Below, in pieces: positions 10,664 through 20,120 of a stretch of 248,000 nucleotides of DNA. How positions within the stretch are numbered: position 1 is the first letter of the stretch; each line of letters begins with the position of its first letter. The notes beneath the pieces are model-generated. The model had not been told where the DNA came from. It made no database searches and worked only from the letters and a program-made list of their open reading frames with translations. The stretch is taken from NCBI RefSeq assembly GCF_000737315.1, contig NZ_JMCB01000006.1:764001-1012000 (forward strand), given 5' to 3'. Source of the DNA: Hyalangium minutum (GTDB lineage Bacteria > Myxococcota > Myxococcia > Myxococcales > Myxococcaceae). Both the position numbers and the translations under genes were made by a program.

Positions 10664-12184
10664 CTACTTCTTCCCAGCCGCACCCGGAGCCGGAGTTCCG
10701 CTGCCCGCCACATCCATCGGCGTAATCTTGCCGAGGTTCAGCGGTGCCACCTGCTGCTGGATGATGTCCGGATCCCCCACGAGGATGATCTGCATGGCGG
10801 CCGGGTTGAGGTAGGCCTCGGCGACGCGCTGCACCTCGGCGGGGGTGGCCTTCTCCAGGCCATCCACCTGCTTGCGGAACTCATCCATCGGCCGGCGCTT
10901 GAGGAACAGCTGGGCCGCGTTCAGCCCCACGCCCTCCACCGTCTCGAAGATGCCGGGGTAGGAGCGGATGAGCCCCTCGCGAGCGGCCTCCAGCTCCTTG
11001 GAGGAGATGGGCCGCGACTTGATGTCGGTCAGCTCGCGGACGAACTCGGCGAGCGCGGGGCCGGTAACATTGGCGCGCACCTGGGAGTAGGCGGTGAGCG
11101 GTCCCACGCCCAGCCGCGCGTCGGAGCTGGCGCCTGCGCCGTAGGTGTAGCCCTTGGCCTCGCGCAGGTTCATGTTGAGCCGGCTGCCGAAGAACCCACC
11201 GAACACGGTGGTGGCCAGGTCCAGCGGGTACTCGTCCGAGTGGCCTACGGCGACGCCGGGGCGGCCCACCAGGATGAAGGTCTGCTCCAGACCGGGCTTG
11301 TAGACCACGCGCAGGGCCTCGCGAGGCGGCGCGGCGGGAGCGGCCGGAGCCGGGGCGGCCACGGCGTCACCCTTCCAGTCGCCGAAGTACTTCTTCGCCC
11401 ACTCCACGGCCTGCTGCTGGGTGACGTCTCCCACCACCACGAGCGCCGAGGCCTTGGGGCCCACGTTCTTCTGGTAGAAGCGCTTCACGTCCTGCAGGGT
11501 GAGCTTGTCCACCGTGGCGGGCACGCCCGAGCCCGGGTGCCCATAGGGGTGCGCCGAGCCGAACACGGCCTCCAGGTACGCCTGCTGCCCCAGGAAGAAC
11601 GGGGTGCCGAGCCGCCGCACCAGGTCCGCGAGCTGCTGCTTCTTGCGCCGGTCAAAGTCCTTCTGCGCGAAGGTGGGCCGGCGCGCCACGTCCGCCAGCA
11701 GCGCCAGGGCCTTGTCCGCGTTGCGCGACAGCACGCGCACGCCCACGGTGGCCCCATCCGGCTCCACGCGCGTGGCGGGGGACACGCCGAGGTCCGCGAA
11801 GGCGTTGTCCAGGGTGACGGTGTCCTTCCCGCCCGCGCCCTCCAGCAACATCTTATAGGTGAGGTCCGCCAGGCCGCCCTGCCCCGCGGGGTCCTGCGCG
11901 GTGCCGTTGGCGAAGGACACGCCGATGAACACGAGCGGCAGGTCGCGGCGCGAGTTCACGATGACCGTCATCCCGTTATCGAGCTTCTCCTGCTCGAAGG
12001 TGGGCAGCACCAGGTCCGGCGACTTGCCCGGCGTGGGCATCTTCGCGCGGAAGGCCTCGGCGTCGGCCTTGGGGGCCTCGGCCTGGGGAGCCGGAGTGGA
12101 GTCCTTCGTGGGCTCCGGCTGCGGAGTGGTGGCGCACGCGGCCAGCGCGAGGACGGAGAGTGCGAGGAAGAGGCGGCGCATCAC
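10664..12184 (-). CDS. M16 family peptidase, non-catalytic subunit (lipoprotein)
   Basis: M16 fold signatures without HxxEH; overlaps partner gene. Confidence 0.85.
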   Translation of the reverse strand: MMRRLFLALSVLALAACATTPQPEPTKDSTPAPQAEAPKADAEAFRAKMPTPGKSPDLVLPTFEQEKLDNGMTVIVNSRRDLPLVFIGVSFANGTAQDPAGQGGLADLTYKMLLEGAGGKDTVTLDNAFADLGVSPATRVEPDGATVGVRVLSRNADKALALLADVARRPTFAQKDFDRRKKQQLADLVRRLGTPFFLGQQAYLEAVFGSAHPYGHPGSGVPATVDKLTLQDVKRFYQKNVGPKASALVVVGDVTQQQAVEWAKKYFGDWKGDAVAAPAPAAPAAPPREALRVVYKPGLEQTFILVGRPGVAVGHSDEYPLDLATTVFGGFFGSRLNMNLREAKGYTYGAGASSDARLGVGPLTAYSQVRANVTGPALAEFVRELTDIKSRPISSKELEAAREGLIRSYPGIFETVEGVGLNAAQLFLKRRPMDEFRKQVDGLEKATPAEVQRVAEAYLNPAAMQIILVGDPDIIQQQVAPLNLGKITPMDVAGSGTPAPGAAGKK

Positions 12185-13581
12185 TTGTTCTCCTTCGGAG
12201 CGGTGGGGGCCTGCTGATCCGGCACGGCGTGCAGCACGATGCGCGCGTCCGGACGCAGCTGCTCGTTGACGTAGCGCTTCACGGCGTCCGGCGTCACGGT
12301 CTGGTAGCGCGCCAAATCCTGCGCCAGGTAGCTCGGCTCGCCGACGAAGTGGTTGTAGTTCTGCAGCGCGTCCGCCTTGCCGCCGAAGCCGCCCACGGAC
12401 TCCAGTCCGGACAGCATCCGCGTGTCATAGCGGGTCCGGGCGCGGTTGAGCTCCTCCACGGTGACGCCGTTCTTGCGGACCTCGTCCAGCACCGCGTCCA
12501 CCTCCTTCTTCAGCGTGTCCGTGGAGACGCCGGGCCGGGCCACCACCTCGATGGTGAAGACGGACTGGGAGCCGATGCTCTGCTCCGAGGCATCCACGCT
12601 CTGGGCGATCTGCTTCTCCAGCACCAGCCTCCGGTAGAGGCGGCTGGCCTTGCCGGTGGCCAGCACCGTGGCGAGCATGTCCGCGGTGGCATCGCCCTCG
12701 GTGAGGTACTCGGGGCTGTGCCAGGCCAGCGTCAGCATGGGCAGCGTGGCGATCTTCTCGTCATGGCGGATGACGGTCTCCCGCGTGAGCTTCGCCGGGG
12801 CCACCTGGGGCCGCTCCGGCTTGGCGCCGCTGGGCAGGGTGCCGAAGTACTTCTCCACCAGGGCCTTGGTCTTCGCCACGTCGAAGTCCCCGACGATGGT
12901 GAGCGTGGCGTTGGAGGGCGCGTACCACTTGCGGAAGAAGTTCTTCACGTCGTCCACGGTGGCCGCGTCCAGGTCCTCCATCGAGCCAATCACGTCCCCG
13001 TGGTACGGGTGGGGCAGCGGGAACAGGGCGTGCCAGAGCTTCTCGCGGGCCATGCCGTAGGGGGCGGCCTCGGTGCCCTGGCGGCGCTCGTTCTTCACCA
13101 CCTCCTTCTGAGTGGTGAGCTTGTCCTCGGTGAGCGTGTCCAGCAGGAAGCCCATCCGGTCGCTCTCCAGCCAGAGCGCGGTCTCCAGGTGGTTGCTGGG
13201 CACCGTCTCGAAGTAGTTGGTGCGGTCGAAGTTGGTGGTGCCGTTGAGGTCCGTGGCCCCCAGCTGCTCCAGCATGGAGATGTGCACGTCATCCGCCACG
13301 TTCTTGGAGCCCTGGAACATCATGTGCTCGAAGAGGTGGGCGAAGCCGGTGCGGCCGGCCGTCTCGTGGTAGGCGCCCACGTGGTACCAGATGTTGACGG
13401 CGACAATGGGCAGCTTCCGGTCCACGGAGAGGATGACCTCCAGGCCGTTCTTCAGCTTGTACTTCTCGTAGGGGATGGCGAGCGACTCGCGGCCGGGCTC
13501 CAGCGGCTTCGCCTCCTGGGCGAGCGCGGGCAGACCGAGCGCGAGGACGAGCGTGGCGACGAGGGCTTTCATGAGTGGCAT
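12181..13581 (-). CDS. M16 family zinc peptidase
   Basis: HLFEHMMF inverted zinc motif. Confidence 0.9.
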   Translation of the reverse strand: MPLMKALVATLVLALGLPALAQEAKPLEPGRESLAIPYEKYKLKNGLEVILSVDRKLPIVAVNIWYHVGAYHETAGRTGFAHLFEHMMFQGSKNVADDVHISMLEQLGATDLNGTTNFDRTNYFETVPSNHLETALWLESDRMGFLLDTLTEDKLTTQKEVVKNERRQGTEAAPYGMAREKLWHALFPLPHPYHGDVIGSMEDLDAATVDDVKNFFRKWYAPSNATLTIVGDFDVAKTKALVEKYFGTLPSGAKPERPQVAPAKLTRETVIRHDEKIATLPMLTLAWHSPEYLTEGDATADMLATVLATGKASRLYRRLVLEKQIAQSVDASEQSIGSQSVFTIEVVARPGVSTDTLKKEVDAVLDEVRKNGVTVEELNRARTRYDTRMLSGLESVGGFGGKADALQNYNHFVGEPSYLAQDLARYQTVTPDAVKRYVNEQLRPDARIVLHAVPDQQAPTAPKENK

Positions 13582-13659
13582 GAGCCTCCTTGGGCTGGGC
13601 GGTGCGCTTAGCACGTGCCCACCTCAGGGTGGGGGAGGAAGTGTGCGACACTGGAACGC

Positions 13660-14472
13660 GTGTCGACTGCTGACATTCCCTTGGGGCCTGCCGTCCCGGC
13701 CCGCTGCGCCGCGCACCCGGAGGTAGAGGCCACTGGCACCTGTGCTCGCTGCGGCACCTTCTTCTGCGCGGGCTGTGTGCGGCAGGTGTTCGGCAAGGCG
13801 TGGTGCGCCACGTGCGCGGCCCGGCCCGAGGTGCACTACCTGGAGGACTTCCGGGCCAAGCTCTGGGGCAAGAGGGATGGCTCGGCGTGGATGGCCCTGG
13901 TGGTGGGCGTCGGCTTCGGGGTGGCGGCGCTCGCGAGGCTCCTGCAGCCTGGGCTGCCGGTAGTTCCCACGGTGGCGTTCCTGGTGTGCATGGCGGCGGG
14001 CGTGTGCTTCTTCCTCGGCCTGAGGTGGGCGCGCGAGGCGTTCATCGCGGTGCCGGTGCTCTTCGGCCTGGCCTGCGTGCTGCGGCGCTCCGAGGGCATT
14101 GGCGCCTTCCTCATGTTCCTGGGCGTGGCGTCCCTGCCCGTCTACTTCGACACGCGCAACCAGCTGTTCTTCCGGCGGCCGGTGTCCCGCAAGCGGCTGG
14201 AGCGGCTCTGGCACGTCCGGGAGAACAACCCGATGGCGCGCCGGGCGCTGAGCCTGGGCGCGGGGGCCCTCTTGCTGCCGGTGCTGGCCCCATTGGCGGT
14301 CATCTGCGGAGTGGTGGGGCTGCGGCGGGTGGATCCGGGGGCCGTGCCTCCCGTGGGGCGCAAGGCCGACGCCATCGCGGCGATCGTGCTGGGCGTGCTC
14401 GTGATGGGAGTGTGGGCCGCGATTCTGGTGCCCCTCGTCAGCGCGAAGGTGGGCCTCTCTCTGGGGAAATGA
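13660..14472 (+). CDS. membrane protein with N-terminal Cys-rich zinc finger and DUF4190-like C-terminus
   Basis: CAAH..CARCGTFFCAGC..CATC followed by TM helices. Confidence 0.65.
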   Translation: MSTADIPLGPAVPARCAAHPEVEATGTCARCGTFFCAGCVRQVFGKAWCATCAARPEVHYLEDFRAKLWGKRDGSAWMALVVGVGFGVAALARLLQPGLPVVPTVAFLVCMAAGVCFFLGLRWAREAFIAVPVLFGLACVLRRSEGIGAFLMFLGVASLPVYFDTRNQLFFRRPVSRKRLERLWHVRENNPMARRALSLGAGALLLPVLAPLAVICGVVGLRRVDPGAVPPVGRKADAIAAIVLGVLVMGVWAAILVPLVSAKVGLSLGK

Positions 14473-14486
14473 GGGCGCGGCCCGCC

Positions 14487-14541
14487 AAAAAATCAGCAGC
14501 CGTGATGCTCTCCGGGGGCTGCAAGAGCATCACGACTGCTG
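14487..14541 (-). terminator. intrinsic terminator
   Basis: 18-bp stem (14494-14511 with 14524-14541) with one G-U pair on the minus strand, followed by U6. Confidence 0.75.
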
Positions 14542-14690
14542 GAGACCGTGGTCGAGTCCAGGCAAAGGTGTCGGGGTCCCGTACCTGGAGGCAAAACACC
14601 CACGGCTGACTGCGAAACCATCCCCCTGTGTGTGCAGGGCTCCACAAGACTTGATGTTGCGACTCACCCGGTCCTTGGGATCTCTGCACT
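14487..14690 (-). ncRNA. candidate structured noncoding RNA, unidentified
   Basis: 14544-14558 pairs with 14661-14673; ends in a strong minus-strand terminator; no minus-strand CDS ends here; 5' end approximate. Confidence 0.45.
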
Positions 14691-14938
14691 GCCCTTCTGG
14701 GCGAACCAAGCGTCCGTTTCTGGGAAAAAGACCCGCCAACCACTTTAGCGGCCACCAAGGCCGGGGGGTGAGATGGAAGCGCAGAAGTGCCGCCACGGGA
14801 ATTCCGCCCTGAATTCAAGGTTTTAGGCGAGCTGAGTGGCTCAGGAGATACCGGAGTGGGGCCCGCGCTACAGGCCAGAACGTGTCTGTATGCTTGTCGG
14901 GATCCTGTGGAGAACTTGTGGTTTCGGGAGGAGCGCCC

Positions 14939-15454
14939 ATGAGCCTGGTTCGAGCTGCGGTTGCCGCGGTGGTGCTGCTGTCCACGTCCGCGCTGGCGGA
15001 GTCGCCGAGGGAGGCCAAGCGCATCAGCATCGATGTGGTGCGTGCGGACATCCATGACGTGCTGCGGCTGCTGGCGGAGAAGGGCGGCCTCAACGTGGTG
15101 GTGGCGGACGAGGTGCAGGGCAAGGTGACGCTGCGGTTGAGGGACGTGCCGTGGTGGCAGGCGCTGGACACGGTGCTGGCCTCGCGCGGACTGGGCCACG
15201 AGCTGAAGGGCAACGTGATGCGCGTGGCGCCAATGAAGCAGCTGGCCGAGGAGTCCGAGACGCGCGCGAAGCTGAAGCAGGCGCGCGAGCAGGAAGCTCC
15301 GCTGCGCACGTACTTCATCCCGGTGAGCTACGCGCGGGCGGCGGAGCTGCTGCCGCAGGTGCAGGCGCAGCTGTCTCCGCGCGGGAGGGCGAGCGTGGAT
15401 GCTCGCACCAACACCCTCATCGTGACGGACGTGGGTCCGGTGACGCTGCCGTAG
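14939..15454 (+). CDS. secretin N-terminal (STN + N-domain) protein without a secretin barrel
   Basis: ISIDVVRADIHDVLRLLA..GKVTLRLRDVPW..ALD; DARTNTLIV. Confidence 0.75.
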   Translation: MSLVRAAVAAVVLLSTSALAESPREAKRISIDVVRADIHDVLRLLAEKGGLNVVVADEVQGKVTLRLRDVPWWQALDTVLASRGLGHELKGNVMRVAPMKQLAEESETRAKLKQAREQEAPLRTYFIPVSYARAAELLPQVQAQLSPRGRASVDARTNTLIVTDVGPVTLP

Positions 15455-15533
15455 CTCCGTTCACCGCGTGCGTCGGGTTCGGTACTCTCGAAGGTTGGCC
15501 CCCTGTCTCCCATCCTGCTAGGTTGGGTGGGCT

Positions 15534-16466
15534 ATGCACGACATCCTGCCTTCCCGGCTCGTCCTGCTTGCCGTGCTCGTGTCCTCAGGGGCTCTGGCCA
15601 GCGACTCGCACGAGAAGATCGTCATCCGAAACGACATGGTTTCGGACCATCCCGGCGTCTCTACGAGCAGCGTCTACGTGTCCGGGCAGATCGCGACCGT
15701 CCTCCGCTTCGAGAAGGACGTTGATCCGGCGCAGACGAAGTTGCTGGGGTGGGAAGGGCGGTTCGAGCCCCTGGTGGTGGGGGGCAAGACGGTGGTCATC
15801 GTGCCGATCCGGAATCTCGACCGCGATGAGGTAGTCCCCCTGCTCATTACGCTCGTGGACGGAACCGAGTTCCCGTTCATCGTGAAGCCCAAGAGCTTTG
15901 AGGAATGGGGGTGGACCGACCATCAAGTCAACGTGTTCAAGAGTCCCGACAGTTACAAGGCGGTGCTCGCATCCCTGAACGACTCGCTCAAGCGAGAGCG
16001 GGACCTGCGGGAGAAGGTCGAGCGGTTCAAGGAAGAAGAGAACTCCGTCGATCACGCCTACGCGACACTGCTCGCAAACGGCCAGGTGAAGAAGACGCCA
16101 TTTAGCCGCAGGTTGGTCTACCGCCCGAAGAACGAGGACATGGACATCGTGGTCGAGGTTTTCTCGGGACCGGGTAAAGCGGCAGCCATCGTCACCCTGA
16201 CGAACACCTACTACGGCGACGACTGGAAGTTCGAGCGTGCCTACCTGACGCGCGACTTTACGAGCTTCACGGTTCGGCCCTTCGCGCTTCGCATGGACCG
16301 CGCCACGCTCGTCCCTGGCCAGACTGGAACAATCGCGGTGGTCGTGGACCAGAGCGCCTTCGAGACGAAGAACGGGGACGTGACGGATCTCGCCCTCCAG
16401 ATCTTCCGTGGGGATGGTCTGATCCAGGTGGCCGTGGCGCTGGAAGCCTCGCTCATTCGCCGGTAG
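15534..16466 (+). CDS. DUF2381 family protein
   Basis: Signal peptide and characteristic myxobacterial family sequence. Confidence 0.75.
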   Translation: MHDILPSRLVLLAVLVSSGALASDSHEKIVIRNDMVSDHPGVSTSSVYVSGQIATVLRFEKDVDPAQTKLLGWEGRFEPLVVGGKTVVIVPIRNLDRDEVVPLLITLVDGTEFPFIVKPKSFEEWGWTDHQVNVFKSPDSYKAVLASLNDSLKRERDLREKVERFKEEENSVDHAYATLLANGQVKKTPFSRRLVYRPKNEDMDIVVEVFSGPGKAAAIVTLTNTYYGDDWKFERAYLTRDFTSFTVRPFALRMDRATLVPGQTGTIAVVVDQSAFETKNGDVTDLALQIFRGDGLIQVAVALEASLIRR

Positions 16467-16477
16467 AACCGCCGCTC

Positions 16478-16969
16478 ATGTCCACCATCAAAGCCCTCGT
16501 GCTCGGCCCTGTCGTCCTACTCGCTACGTCTCCGGGCTGCATCACAACGGGCGGCGTGTCGCTGCGCCCGGATGGCACTCCAGGCCCGGAGGAATGTCCT
16601 CCGAAGGCACTCGAAGTCATGCGGTACCTGAGACTGCATGTGGGGGAAAGCGCGTTGGTGGATCTCGACGCGAACCAGATCGGAAGTCGGCGTGTCACAC
16701 TCTACGACGGCCCCATCGAGAGCGTCCTGCGAGAGGACTTTGGCACGCTGGAGGGGCCTGCTCGCTTATACGGGCGGGTCTGGACTGCTGGCCCACAGGT
16801 CGTCATCCGCTATTACGCGGCCCACCCCATGGACGGCGACAAGGTTCCCATCTGCGCGGTTGCCCGCCTGGGCGATGACCAGATGAGGAAGCTCCCCGAG
16901 TCGAAGCCTGGGACGGCGATCCTCGATGGCTCCGTGGCGGCGGCCTTTGTTGTCGATGCCTTCCGGTGA
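16478..16969 (+). CDS. lipoprotein resembling the C-terminal domain of DUF2381-linked kinases
   Basis: Lipobox SPGC; similar layout to the C-terminus of the kinase at 64972-66951. Confidence 0.6.
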   Translation: MSTIKALVLGPVVLLATSPGCITTGGVSLRPDGTPGPEECPPKALEVMRYLRLHVGESALVDLDANQIGSRRVTLYDGPIESVLREDFGTLEGPARLYGRVWTAGPQVVIRYYAAHPMDGDKVPICAVARLGDDQMRKLPESKPGTAILDGSVAAAFVVDAFR

Positions 16970-17456
16970 GTCCCGCCCGGTTCGCTTCAGTCCGCTAAAT
17001 CACTGACCTGAAAGAATGCATGGGCTGAAATGACGGTTCCTGCCCTTCATCCATGCGTCTTTGCAAGGGGCTGCGGACGACCCGTGCGTATGGCTGCTTC
17101 GTGAGCGGCTGCGCTCTGGGAGCAGTGTGGGGCGCGTGCACTTCGAGCACTCGGGTTGAGCGCATGGAGGGTGAGAAGGACCGCGACTTCTTCAACTCTG
17201 TGCTCGTGGACGCTCTGCGCAGATGGGCTCCGCCCAGGTGCGGGATCAGTTGACGAATCTGCACGTGATTGGGGTGGCAGAGGGACAAGGGAAACGGGCG
17301 CCACCCGGCGCCTCCTCCTCTTCTCCGGGGCAGCCATCTACCCTGATCACCTCCTCGCAAGATGGGGTGACATATGCTGCCGTGGCGGATTGCCTGGAAA
17401 GCCGAAGTGTTGCTCGTCGCCAGCGCCGGGGGAACGGCCCTTGAAGGGGTTGCCGC

Positions 17457-19253
17457 ATGAGGAGCCCAGCAGCGAGTCGGCCCTTGTGGTGGCATGCGGC
17501 CGTCAGCCTCATGCTGCTGGCGGCCTTGGCCGCGCCCGGGGCCCAGGCCTCTGAGAAGACGAGCCAGATGCGGGCCGTGGTGGGGGCGGGGGTCTCTCAG
17601 GGCACCGCGCTGGGCGACCCCTGGGCGCCGCGCACCTCGTACAGCGTGAGCCTATGGGGCTTGTGGGAAGCAGGCCAGGGAGTGGGGGCGCGCGTGACAT
17701 TGCTGCCCCCGGCCACCTCCGCCGGAGCGTGGGAGCTGTCCACCGACGCGGTGGCGCGCTTCACGGGCGAGGGGCCGCTGTACTTCAAGGCCCTCGGTGG
17801 AACGGCCGTCACCTCCCGCCCCTGGTGGCCTCCACGGCTGCGCGCCGGGGGCGAAGCCGGAGTGCACGCCATCCGCGGGAGCATCGGGCTGGAGGTGGGA
17901 GTTGCTGGCGTGTACTCGTTCCCGCCCTCCCGCTTCGCGCAAGGCGAAGGGGTGGTCTCCCTCGGGGTGAGCCTCCTCTTCGGCTTCGGCGCACCGTCCC
18001 GCACGCCTGCCCTGGCCCCGCCTCGGCGTGAGTGGGCGCAGCAGTCCGCCCACAGTCCGCAAGGCGCCGTGCCGCCACGTGAGCCAGGCCCCTCCTCCGA
18101 GGCGGAGCCGAGGCCGGCGGGGCTTGCGCCCGCTGCTTCGCAGGTGGCGCTCACCGCCTTCGCAGAGCGGGACGTGATTCAGCGGATTCTCCTGCTCCAG
18201 AAGCCCGGGGCCGTCCAGGCCTGGTGGAACTCGGGGCCCTGGGAGGACTTGGCTCACTGGAGCCACCCGCTGTCGGAGTGGGAGCACAAGTACGCCGAGG
18301 CCATGAGCGCGGAGACGGTGCCCGAGGCCCTCCGCATGTGGCCGCTGGTGACGCCTCAGCGCCTCACCCCCGCGCAGCGAGAGGACATGGAGCGGCGTCT
18401 GGGCACGGGAGCCGCCGCCGCCCAGGGATATGCCCACTGGGAGAACCGGCGAAGAATCGTCAAACACTACGTCATGACTCACCCAGCCACCCTCCAGGCT
18501 TTGCTGGGGGCGTATGGGCTGGCCAGAGATTCCAACCCGCTGCACTTCGCGCTGGAGCGCGGCTGGCAGATGGGCAGTGGCCAGGAGATGTTCACGGGCC
18601 AGGAGATGTCCCCGCTTGGCGCGGCCCAGGAGTTCTTCACCGCGCTGGCAGTGGGAGTGGCTGCTGGGAAGTTGATGACCGCCACGCGGCCGGTGCCCGG
18701 GTGGGGTGTCCCGGAGCCGGTGGAGCCGGTGCGCCCTGGCAAGGCGGAGGCTTCGCCCGCTCCGCCGAGAGTCACGGCACCTGCTCCAGAACCTGTTCCA
18801 AGGCCAGCACCGCCCGCTCCGGGGCCGGGTACCCTCGCGCCCTCACCCGAACTGGTCCAAGTCCTCACGGGCAAGAACCCAACGCCGCAGGTGCCCGCCG
18901 GCCCACGCCTGCGTCAGGACCTCACCGTCAAGCCGAAGGTGCCAGACCTGTTGCCACGGGGCCGTCCCATCAGCCCCAGCGCCAGGCAGAATGCGCAACT
19001 CCAGGAGGACATCAAGTACCTGGAGGACGTGCTACTCGCCGAGAACATTCGGGTGAACCAGCAGCAAGTGACGCTGGCGAACGGCCAGCGCGTGGGCATC
19101 AATCGGCCGGATCTGCAATTCGACTACAAGGGCCAGCGCTATCATGTGGAGTACGACTCACTGACTTCGGGCCGTGGCCCTGCACACCAGTCGCGCCTCA
19201 CCAACAACGACCCCAACGCCCTCATCATCCGGATCATCATCCCCGAGGAATGA
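17457..19253 (+). CDS. secreted polymorphic toxin-like protein with C-terminal PD-(D/E)XK-like domain
   Basis: Signal peptide, Pro-rich linker, RPDLQFD..HVEYD; paralog at 238421-240217. Confidence 0.55.
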   Translation: MRSPAASRPLWWHAAVSLMLLAALAAPGAQASEKTSQMRAVVGAGVSQGTALGDPWAPRTSYSVSLWGLWEAGQGVGARVTLLPPATSAGAWELSTDAVARFTGEGPLYFKALGGTAVTSRPWWPPRLRAGGEAGVHAIRGSIGLEVGVAGVYSFPPSRFAQGEGVVSLGVSLLFGFGAPSRTPALAPPRREWAQQSAHSPQGAVPPREPGPSSEAEPRPAGLAPAASQVALTAFAERDVIQRILLLQKPGAVQAWWNSGPWEDLAHWSHPLSEWEHKYAEAMSAETVPEALRMWPLVTPQRLTPAQREDMERRLGTGAAAAQGYAHWENRRRIVKHYVMTHPATLQALLGAYGLARDSNPLHFALERGWQMGSGQEMFTGQEMSPLGAAQEFFTALAVGVAAGKLMTATRPVPGWGVPEPVEPVRPGKAEASPAPPRVTAPAPEPVPRPAPPAPGPGTLAPSPELVQVLTGKNPTPQVPAGPRLRQDLTVKPKVPDLLPRGRPISPSARQNAQLQEDIKYLEDVLLAENIRVNQQQVTLANGQRVGINRPDLQFDYKGQRYHVEYDSLTSGRGPAHQSRLTNNDPNALIIRIIIPEE

Positions 19254-19268
19254 ATAAGGCGAGCCTGA

Positions 19269-20006
19269 ATGACGCAAGAGATGAAGGGACTGCTGCTGGA
19301 GGACCGCTGGGCGCCTGTCACCTCGACGATGGGCTTTCTGGAACTGGGGGTGGAGCAGGCGGCACAAGCCTTCGCCACGTGGCATAGAGAGGTGCTGACG
19401 CCCCGTGGCATCACCGTGGAGGTACTCCCCGTCTCGGGCACCCTGGAGCAAGTCCTCTCCAGCCTGCTGCCCCTGACCAGTGGGGAGAGGCGGCGGCACC
19501 TATTTATCCCGACGCGCAGCGCCTGGACAGCCTACGTCGCCGACCAGTGGACCGGGACGGATGCCGCCAGCCCCATGCGCTCCATGGCCCGGAGGCTGAG
19601 CATCCGGTGCCTGCGGGTGGTCACCGTGCCCCACACGCTGCGCGGGGATCGAGGCCGCTATGGCGCGGTGATGCTGGAGGTGTACGGCCCGGAGCAGCCG
19701 GGGAAGATCAGCAGTACTGTGCGCGCCCTGGCCGCTGCCAATGACGGGGGCCGCTGGGTCTTCGAGCAGGAGGGTGAGCCCTTCCCCTTCGAGCAGGTAG
19801 AGAAGTACCAGGCGCGCCGGGTGAGGGACCGGTTCACCTTGGAGATGCTCAAGGACTACCTGCGCCACCTGGGGCTGGCCCCCTTCGAAGAGGACTTCTA
19901 CCTGCCTCAGGGCTCTTGCGCGTGGCTCATCCAGAAGACGGGCCCCTTCGGCACCATCACGCGAGAATACACGCTGGAGGAGGCCCGCGCCGCCCGCGTG
20001 TTGTGA
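19269..20006 (+). CDS. putative immunity protein
   Basis: Follows the toxin-like gene; near-identical paralog at 237672-238409. Confidence 0.55.
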   Translation: MTQEMKGLLLEDRWAPVTSTMGFLELGVEQAAQAFATWHREVLTPRGITVEVLPVSGTLEQVLSSLLPLTSGERRRHLFIPTRSAWTAYVADQWTGTDAASPMRSMARRLSIRCLRVVTVPHTLRGDRGRYGAVMLEVYGPEQPGKISSTVRALAAANDGGRWVFEQEGEPFPFEQVEKYQARRVRDRFTLEMLKDYLRHLGLAPFEEDFYLPQGSCAWLIQKTGPFGTITREYTLEEARAARVL

Positions 20007-20120
20007 CGCACCCCAGTCGGAGGACTGTCTTCGCGGCGCAGGGGCTCACGGCTCCGGGGTGGGTTGGCGCGGAGCACACCGTAAAAGCTCCTTCTACCCC
20101 CGGCGAGGCGGGCTCCAGGC

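Noticed and set aside
14487-14690. Naming the candidate RNA as 6S, Pxr or retron msr-msd
   Set aside because: No convincing sequence match from memory, and no ygfA/zapA or reverse transcriptase neighbour; left unidentified.
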